Part shown: positions 19,425-25,326 of the stretch, in pieces
Numbering within the stretch: position 1 is the stretch's first letter
Layout of the letters: each line of letters begins with the position of its first letter
Position numbers and translations under genes: made by a program
The notes under the pieces: generated by a model
Databases searched by the model: none
What the model was told of the DNA's origin: nothing
Seen by the model: the letters and a program-made list of their open reading frames with translations, nothing else
Virus record (IMG/VR): IMGVR_UViG_2565956724_000002
Reading direction: 5' to 3' (one strand)
From: a virus
Taxonomy: Duplodnaviria > Heunggongvirae > Uroviricota > Caudoviricetes
Length of the DNA: 25,326 nucleotides

Positions 19425-19817
19425 TTATTCTACGCTTTCGATAAGAAGACCATGTTCATAACATTTAAGCTCATCGCCTTCGTACAGGAATTGGTATCCA
19501 ATACCACCATTTTCATGGACATTAGGGAATAACTCATAACTCACTGAAGAGCAAATCACACCAATGCAGCGATCAACGCCTTCTCGTTCTTCAGTGCTGA
19601 AAAAATCCTCTTCGGTAAGGACATGAGTACATTGCTCATCAGCATAGGTCGGAAATACATGCTCGATGCAATCCGGGTGTTTTAAACCAAGCTGATCGGC
19701 AAGCTCGAAAGCATGACGGTATTGTTCAGATCCTGGCTTGCCAACAGTGATGTGCTCAATTTTGTAGATTGAAGTTGCTTTGTTGATAGTTTGCTTTACT
19801 GTTACTTTATCAGACAT
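19425..19817 (-). CDS. Hypothetical protein (upfA-like by position next to the origin)
   Basis: 130-aa ORF; no motif recognised. Confidence 0.45.
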   Translation of the reverse strand: MSDKVTVKQTINKATSIYKIEHITVGKPGSEQYRHAFELADQLGLKHPDCIEHVFPTYADEQCTHVLTEEDFFSTEEREGVDRCIGVICSSVSYELFPNVHENGGIGYQFLYEGDELKCYEHGLLIESVE

Positions 19818-19828
19818 AAAAATCCCTT

Positions 19829-20161
19829 TTAGTTACCTCTGATAGCGCGGTTGTAATCATTAACGTTGCGATTCTTCCTGTTAATCCCCATCAGCATCGT
19901 TTCTGTATCGAGGATATACGCTGGCAGATCATCAAAATATTCATTGCTAAACTCTGGCATCCTGCACATAAATGCACTTTTGGGGGCAGGGTGGTTAACC
20001 TTTGTCGGCGTCGGCGTTAAATTCGCTGATCGACTGCCGGAGCAACCGCTGAGTGTCAGCAGGAATGCGCTGGCGAACATTACCCGCCGCAACCAGTTGT
20101 TTCTGAACTTCAGCTTTTCGTTCCATTTGCCTGTCAGCATATTTGGCTTGTTCTGATTCAT
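19829..20161 (-). CDS. Putative lipoprotein (mlp-like)
   Basis: Signal peptide with lipobox: ...FASAFLLTLSGCSGS. Confidence 0.55.
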   Translation of the reverse strand: MNQNKPNMLTGKWNEKLKFRNNWLRRVMFASAFLLTLSGCSGSRSANLTPTPTKVNHPAPKSAFMCRMPEFSNEYFDDLPAYILDTETMLMGINRKNRNVNDYNRAIRGN

Positions 20162-20417
20162 TTTTCACTTCCTGGCTGTGAAAATGTTGCTCTGCTTTGT
20201 TCATCGTCTCAATGGTCTGGTTAAGATCCATTATTGACTTATCACGTTCCTTAACAGCCTGATCAAGACTGCCAATTTTCTCCATGGCTTGCTTTAGCTG
20301 ATGACGTTCCCATGCAAACCCAGCACCAACAAGTGCGCAAATCAGAACAAGAACACCAGTAGCAGCAAGTTTCTCCTTCAAAGACAAAGCTGTTTTTAAC
20401 GTAGAAAAGAATGACAT
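19995..20417 (-). CDS. Putative membrane-anchored or periplasmic coiled-coil protein (ppfA-like)
   Basis: N-terminal hydrophobic segment LAATGVLVLICALVGAGFAW followed by a charged, helical region. The start is taken at MSFFSTLK. It overlaps the 5' end of the lipoprotein ORF, so one of the two starts is uncertain. Confidence 0.45.
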   Translation of the reverse strand: MSFFSTLKTALSLKEKLAATGVLVLICALVGAGFAWERHQLKQAMEKIGSLDQAVKERDKSIMDLNQTIETMNKAEQHFHSQEVKNESEQAKYADRQMERKAEVQKQLVAAGNVRQRIPADTQRLLRQSISEFNADADKG

Positions 20418-21183
20418 GTCTTCCTCCTGAAGAAAAATTATCAATGAAGTCCTTTGTTACTGTGCCGCTTTGTTTAATTCATCAATAACAGAATCAGGAA
20501 CCAAAGCGGCAACTGCGCTGGCTGTGCTGACCTTATTTGCTGATGCTTCCGCAAGCGCGGTACCGATAGCATGGTTATAAGCAGTTATGGCTACGTTGGC
20601 GCTTTCATTCGCTCGTTCATACTGCTGTTGTAACGCAGTTGTGGGCGCTGTTGTCTGGTTGAAAACAACCCCAAACTGTTCAGTTGCTACTTTCAGAGAT
20701 TCAATTTGCTCTTCTGTTAGTGCTGGTGGGGGAGTGGCAGTGCCGCCGCCTGAACCAGAGCCTGACGAGCTTCCTGAGCCAGTGTTAAGGGTCTGGTTAA
20801 TCTCCCCCATAGCAGCGACTAAACTTGATGTATTAAGCGCGTTAACAGCGTCCTCAAGCGATTTAGTAATATTCACATCACCAATGGCAATAGAGATCGG
20901 CAGTTCTGAAACTTCTCGCTCATTAGCACGGCAGTAAACATCCCAACCAATATCGAGTTGAAGCAGCATTGACAGATCTGCATAACCAGCCAACAGGTCC
21001 GCGTGCTTAGTTGCCAGTTCTCCAATGTTCGTTAAGCCGGTTGTGGTTGTTCTTATCGTTGAAACATAGCTGGTAATAGTGTCGGGATAGACAATTGTAT
21101 GTAAGCGTCGTCTGAGTACCGTCTGGTCCCGAATCCAGGATCCTGTAACTTAAGCACCCACTTATTTTGCAGGTGGACACCTC

Positions 21184-21567
21184 ATGCGCGCTAAAGAAAG
21201 ACTTCCCCGGAAACACTATTCCCCTGAATTCAAAATGGAACTGGTCAGGCTGGCTCTTGAAGAAGAAGGCAGTATTGCCGCACTGGCCCGGAAACATGAC
21301 GTCAATGATAACCTGCTCTTTAAATGGATAAGGCTCTGGCAGCGTGAAGGGCGGGTCTGTCGGCCCCGAAAAAACTCATCGTCGCTTCCTGCCCTGATAC
21401 CCGTGCAGCTTCAGGCGGGCTCTTCTCTCCCAACCTTCGAACTACCATCCTGCTCTCCTCCCGCTACCTGCCACATAAAATGTCGGGGAGGAGAAATAAC
21501 ACTGACTCATCCCTCTGCTGAACTCATGAGCACTGTCCTGCGCGAACTGATGCGGGGGCCGGTATGA
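21184..21567 (+). CDS. tnpA: IS66-family accessory protein TnpA (orf1)
   Basis: First ORF of the IS66-type triplet; HTH-like N-terminus. Confidence 0.75.
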   Translation: MRAKERLPRKHYSPEFKMELVRLALEEEGSIAALARKHDVNDNLLFKWIRLWQREGRVCRPRKNSSSLPALIPVQLQAGSSLPTFELPSCSPPATCHIKCRGGEITLTHPSAELMSTVLRELMRGPV

Positions 21568-21911
21568 TAAATCTTCCCGCAGGCACAAAAATCTGGCTGG
21601 TTGCCGGTATCACCGATATGCGCAACGGCTTCAATGGCCTCGCCGCAAAGGTGCAGACCGCGCTGAAAGATGACCCGATGTCCGGCCACGTCTTCATCTT
21701 CCGGGGACGCAGCGGCAGTCAGGTAAAACTGCTCTGGTCCACCGGCGATGGTCTGTGCCTGCTGACAAAGCGACTGGAACGTGGTCGCTTCGCCTGGCCC
21801 TCAGCCCGCGATGGCAAAGTGTTCCTGACGCCGGCGCAACTGGCGATGCTGATGGAAGGTATCGACTGGCGACAGCCAAAGCGGTTACTGACATCCCTGA
21901 CCATGTTGTAG
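21564..21911 (+). CDS. tnpB: IS66-family TnpB (orf2)
   Basis: MINLPAGTKIWLVAGITDMRNGFNGLAAKVQTALKDDPMSGHVFIFRGRSGSQVKLLWS... is the typical IS66 Orf2 sequence. Overlaps tnpA by 4 nt. Confidence 0.85.
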   Translation: MINLPAGTKIWLVAGITDMRNGFNGLAAKVQTALKDDPMSGHVFIFRGRSGSQVKLLWSTGDGLCLLTKRLERGRFAWPSARDGKVFLTPAQLAMLMEGIDWRQPKRLLTSLTML

Positions 21912-21960
21912 CGCTCTTTATCCTGGTTGTCGCAGAATAAGCCTGGTAAAATACAGGCTT

Positions 21961-23496
21961 ATGAACGATACCTCTTCTGACGACATCCTTCTGCTGAAAC
22001 AGCGCCTGGCCGAACAGGAAGCGTTGATCCACGCCCTGCAGGAAAAGCTGAGCAACCGGGAACGCGAAATAGACCATCTGCAGGCGCAACTGGATAAGCT
22101 GCGCCGGATGAACTTCGGCAGTCGTTCCGAAAAGGTATCCCGCCGTATCGCGCAAATGGAAGCTGACCTGAACCTGCTGCAGCAGGAAAGCGATACGCTG
22201 ACCGGCCGGGTGGATGACCCGGCAGTGCAGCGCCCGCTGCGTCAGACCCGCACCCGCAAACCGTTCCCTGAGTCACTCCCACGGGATGAGAAGCGGCTGC
22301 TGCCGACTGAGCCGTGTTGCCCGGAGTGCGGTGGTTCGCTGAGTTACCTGGGTGAGGATGCCGCCGAACAGCTGGAGCTGATGCGCAGCGCCTTCCGGGT
22401 TATCCGGACAGTCCGTGAAAAGCATGCCTGCCGTCGGTGCGATCGCATCGTTCAGGCCCCGGCTCCTTCGCGCCCCATCGAACGGGGGATCGCCGGACCG
22501 GGGCTGCTGGCCCGAGTGCTGACCTCAAAGTATGCAGAGCACACACCGCTGTATCGCCAGTCGGAGATCTATGCCCGCCAGGGTGTAGTGTTGAGTCGTT
22601 CTGTACTGTCGGGCTGGGTGGATGCGTGTTGTCGTCTGCTGGCACCGCTGGATGAAGCCCTTCAGCACTATGTCCTGACCGACGGCAAACTCCATGCTGA
22701 CGATACGCCTGTCCCGGTGCTGTTGCCGGGCAATAAGAAGACGAAGACCGGGCGCTTATGGACGTACGTTCGAGACGACCGCAACGCCGGATCAGCGCTG
22801 GCCCCCGCAGTGTGGTTCGCTTACAGCCCGGACAGAAAAGGTATCCACCCTCAGACCCATCTTGCAGGCTTCAGTGGCGTACTGCAGGCTGATGCCTACG
22901 CCGGGTTCAACGAGCTCTACCGCGACGGCCATATAAAGGAAGCCGCGTGCTGGGCCCATGCCCGCCGAAAAATCCACGATGTTCACGTCCGTACCCCGTC
23001 AGTCCTGACGGAGGAGGCGCTGAAACGGATCGGCGAGCTGTATGCCATCGAGTCGGAGATCAGAGGTAAAAGAGCAGAGGAACGGCAGGCAGTCCGGCAC
23101 CAAAAAGTGCTGCCGCTGCTGGCGTCACTGGAGGGGTGGCTGCGGGAGAAACAGAAAACCCTCTCAAGGCACTCAGAACTGGCGAAGGCGTTCGGGTATG
23201 CGCTGAACCAGTGGCCGGCGCTGATCCGCTATGCAGAAGATGGCTGGGTGGAGGTGGATAATAACATTGCCGAAAACGCCCTACGACGGGTCAGTCTGGG
23301 GAGAAAAAACTGGCTGTTCTTCGGCTCGGATCATGGTGGTGAGCGCGGTGCGTCACTGTACAGTCTTATCGGGACGTGCAAATTAAACGGCGTGGATCCG
23401 GAACGCTATCTGCATTATGTACTTGATGTCATCGCCGACTGGCCTGTGAACCGGGTGGGTGCTCTGCTCCCGTGGCGGGTTACTCTGCCTGCCTGA
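21961..23496 (+). CDS. tnpC: IS66-family transposase TnpC (511 aa)
   Basis: N-terminal coiled coil, a CxxC...CxxC zinc motif (CCPECG...CRRCD) and a DDE region, as in IS66 transposases. Confidence 0.85.
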   Translation: MNDTSSDDILLLKQRLAEQEALIHALQEKLSNREREIDHLQAQLDKLRRMNFGSRSEKVSRRIAQMEADLNLLQQESDTLTGRVDDPAVQRPLRQTRTRKPFPESLPRDEKRLLPTEPCCPECGGSLSYLGEDAAEQLELMRSAFRVIRTVREKHACRRCDRIVQAPAPSRPIERGIAGPGLLARVLTSKYAEHTPLYRQSEIYARQGVVLSRSVLSGWVDACCRLLAPLDEALQHYVLTDGKLHADDTPVPVLLPGNKKTKTGRLWTYVRDDRNAGSALAPAVWFAYSPDRKGIHPQTHLAGFSGVLQADAYAGFNELYRDGHIKEAACWAHARRKIHDVHVRTPSVLTEEALKRIGELYAIESEIRGKRAEERQAVRHQKVLPLLASLEGWLREKQKTLSRHSELAKAFGYALNQWPALIRYAEDGWVEVDNNIAENALRRVSLGRKNWLFFGSDHGGERGASLYSLIGTCKLNGVDPERYLHYVLDVIADWPVNRVGALLPWRVTLPA

Positions 23497-23698
23497 CCAG
23501 CTTCACTTCGTCAATACGGTTCTCACTGCACGCTTACAATTGTATCCAGAATTAATCCGGTCAATTCTTCTGCAAGCAGTTTTGCTGTGTTAGCACTGTT
23601 TCGTGCCGATGTTATGGCACCAGGTGTTTTCATCCCACCGGCGGCGGCCAATTTTTTATATGCGGATAACTGGTAGTCTTTTTCCAGCATGATATCTC

Positions 23699-23983
23699 CT
23701 AACTTACCTGAACCAGGCCGTCTCCGGACGCTACGGTAGATCCGCATGAAACAGGGTCACCAACGCATACGATCCCTTTACCATTGACGGTAAACCATGC
23801 CCTGGTTGATATAGCTTGCCCACCGTGCGTACTGTTTCCATCGGTATGCTGTGCATATTGCTTACCATCAACTAACACTTCGACTCCGTTGACTTTAAGT
23901 AGTGGTTCACTCTCTACAGGAGGCCTGGATGGGAATCCTCCGTGCCCCGAAAAAATGCTGTCTTTTGTTGCAATACTTGCCAC
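23699..23983 (-). CDS. Small protein with PAAR-like motifs (upfC-like by position)
   Basis: ...KVNGVEVLVDGKQYAQHTDGNSTHGGQAIS...VNGKGIVCVGDPVSCGSTVASG resembles repeated PAAR-type motifs. It sits immediately upstream of the IS66-disrupted gene on the same strand. Confidence 0.35.
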   Translation of the reverse strand: MASIATKDSIFSGHGGFPSRPPVESEPLLKVNGVEVLVDGKQYAQHTDGNSTHGGQAISTRAWFTVNGKGIVCVGDPVSCGSTVASGDGLVQVS

Positions 23984-24063
23984 GTCATCACCAATTATTT
24001 GCTCTGGTTTTCGTTATTTTAACTTAGGTTACTTGTGGTCTACATGGCGTCAACTATTGCATA

Positions 24064-24080
24064 ATTGCTCTAATAAATAT
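24064..24080 (+). promoter_or_regulatory. C1 operator-like site upstream of the uhr/hrdC-like genes
   Basis: ATTGCTCTAATAAATAT matches the consensus at 16 of 17. Confidence 0.6.
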
Positions 24081-24151
24081 TGTTTTTTATGTCTTGTTTT
24101 CGGTACCATTCAGCCATCGCCCTTCAATGGGTATTTGTTTGGAGTCGTCAG

Positions 24152-24436
24152 ATGCAGATGGAGCTAATAAGCCGCAAAGAGTTCGATAGCCGTGTAACCA
24201 GCGGTGAACTCGACAACTTGCAGGCTATCAAGGTGAAAGAAGGCTTTTGCCTCATTGGGAATCAGAGCGGAACAAATCGCGTTTTTATGCTTCGCCGTAC
24301 GGATTTGAAGCCATTTGTCTGGAAGAACGAAATTGGTCCCAGCTCATACGCTCAAACTAGGGGGTGCCACAACCTGGCCTTTTTCTACAAAAACGAGCTT
24401 TCTGTGGTTGATATTCAAGGGTTACAACATGTTTAA
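24152..24436 (+). CDS. Hypothetical protein upstream of the rdgC homolog (uhr-like)
   Basis: The start is taken at [11 protein letters not shown], with GGAG 7 nt upstream. No function recognised. Confidence 0.4.
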   Translation: MQMELISRKEFDSRVTSGELDNLQAIKVKEGFCLIGNQSGTNRVFMLRRTDLKPFVWKNEIGPSSYAQTRGCHNLAFFYKNELSVVDIQGLQHV

Positions 24437-24979
24437 GCACTGGAAAAACATTACTATTTATAAACTTTCTCGTGAGGCGGATCTGACCGACTTAGAAGAT
24501 AAAAAGAAAATGATCCTTTTCACGCCATGCGGTAGTCAGGATATGGCCAAGTTCGGTTTTGTATCTCCATTTGGTGATAATTCCGAAGTTATCGCTATGC
24601 ATGGAAATGGTTTTATTCTTGTTGAAGCAAAGCGCGAAACAAAAATTCTTCCCCCGCCGGTTATCCAGCGAGCTATTCAAGAAAAAATTGAAAAACTTGA
24701 GCAAGAACAAGCGCGTAAACTGAAGAAAACAGAGAAGGACTCCCTGAAAGACGAAGTTCTGCATTCTCTTCTGCCACGGGCTTTTTCAAAGTTTTCTGTT
24801 ATCCAGGCGATCTACGACGGTTCAACTAAACGTATCTATATCAATGCCAGCGCGCGGCAGGCAGAGGATATGCTCGCGCTTATGCGTAAATCTCTGGGTT
24901 CTCTTCCTGTTGTTCCCCTAAGTGTTGAAAATCCCATTGAATTAACGCTGACCGACTGGGTACGTGATGGTAGTGCTCC
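24429..24979 (+). pseudogene. RdgC-like recombination-associated protein (hrdC-like), C-terminally truncated by IS911
   Basis: [19 protein letters not shown]...[19 protein letters not shown]...[32 protein letters not shown]... closely resembles the N-terminal ~180 aa of E. coli RdgC. The ORF ends inside the IS911 terminus. Confidence 0.7.
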
Positions 24980-25326
24980 TGAAGTGGTTTACTGAATTTG
25001 GCCACCTGAACAGAGGTGATATGCTCACCTCAGAACAACACAGGTGCCATAATGAAAAAAAGAAATTTCAGCGCAGAGTTTAAACGCGAATCCGCTCAAC
25101 TGGTCGTTGACCAGAATTACACCGTGGCAGATGCAGCCAGCGCTATGGATGTCGGCCTTTCCACAATGACGCGATGGGTGAAACAATTACGTGATGAGCG
25201 GCAGGGAAAAACACCAAAAGCCTCCCCCATTACCCCGGAACAAATTGAAATCCGTGAGCTCAGGAAAAAGCTACAACGTATTGAAATGGAAAATGAAATA
25301 TTAAAAAAGGCTACTGTAGATTCAAT
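24980..25326 (+). mobile_element. IS911 (IS3 family), left end, partial (runs off the window end)
   Basis: Terminus TGAAGTGGTTTACTGAATTTGGCCACCTGAACAGAGGTGATATGCTCACC, followed by an OrfA coding sequence. Confidence 0.85.
25052..25326 (+). CDS. IS911 OrfA (partial)
   Basis: Hand-translated from 25052: [88 protein letters not shown]... Confidence 0.85.
   Translation, partial: MKKRNFSAEFKRESAQLVVDQNYTVADAASAMDVGLSTMTRWVKQLRDERQGKTPKASPITPEQIEIRELRKKLQRIEMENEILKKATVDS

Larger units (their letters stand above)
21101..23537 (+). mobile_element. IS66-family insertion sequence (2437 bp) with 8-bp target duplication AATTGTAT
   Basis: Termini GTAAGCG... and ...CGCTTAC. AATTGTAT occurs at 21093-21100 and at 23538-23545. 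Three-ORF tnpA/tnpB/tnpC organisation. Confidence 0.88.
20457..23690 (-). pseudogene. upfB-like gene (about 262 aa when reconstructed) disrupted by an IS66-family element
   Basis: ATG at 23690 with RBS AGGAGAT. I checked that the 51 codons upstream of the IS join in frame, with no stops, to the ORF at 20457-20993 once the IS and one copy of the duplication are removed. Contains a Gly/Ser linker GSGSSSGSGSGGG. Confidence 0.6.

Noticed and set aside
20700-20790. Gly/Ser-rich stretch (GSGSSSGSGSGGG) as a possible tandem repeat or low-complexity artefact
   Set aside because: It is short and sits in frame within a continuous ORF. It is best read as a flexible linker.

Overview
This window is a P1-like phage-plasmid backbone (assigned by recalled protein identity, no search run) that has been heavily hit by insertion sequences and looks packaging-defective. 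Left to right: a partial IS5; a 3'-truncated gene; ref, a cra-like ORF and cre (all minus strand); a canonical 34-bp loxP; the immC region with coi and c1 and several C1-operator-like 17-mers; a convergent two-gene operon encoding an antirepressor-like protein; a terminase large-subunit gene split by a complete IS2 with a 5-bp target duplication; a frameshifted small-terminase-like gene; a Cys/His-rich 347-aa ORF; phd-doc; the 5' end of a type I hsdM gene cut off by IS1; a capsid-like gene cut by the other IS1 end; then a complete plasmid maintenance module (parS-like palindromes, parB, parA, incA iterons, repA, incC iterons, oriR with GATC and DnaA boxes); upfA/mlp/ppfA-like genes; an upfB-like gene split by an IS66-family element with an 8-bp duplication; a small PAAR-like ORF; and a divergent uhr/rdgC-like pair truncated by IS911. 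I did not find a clear-cut new system. The best candidates for undescribed biology are the operator-terminator-gated antirepressor-like operon between c1 and pacB, the Cys/His-rich protein upstream of the terminase genes, and the remnant type I R-M gene beside phd-doc.
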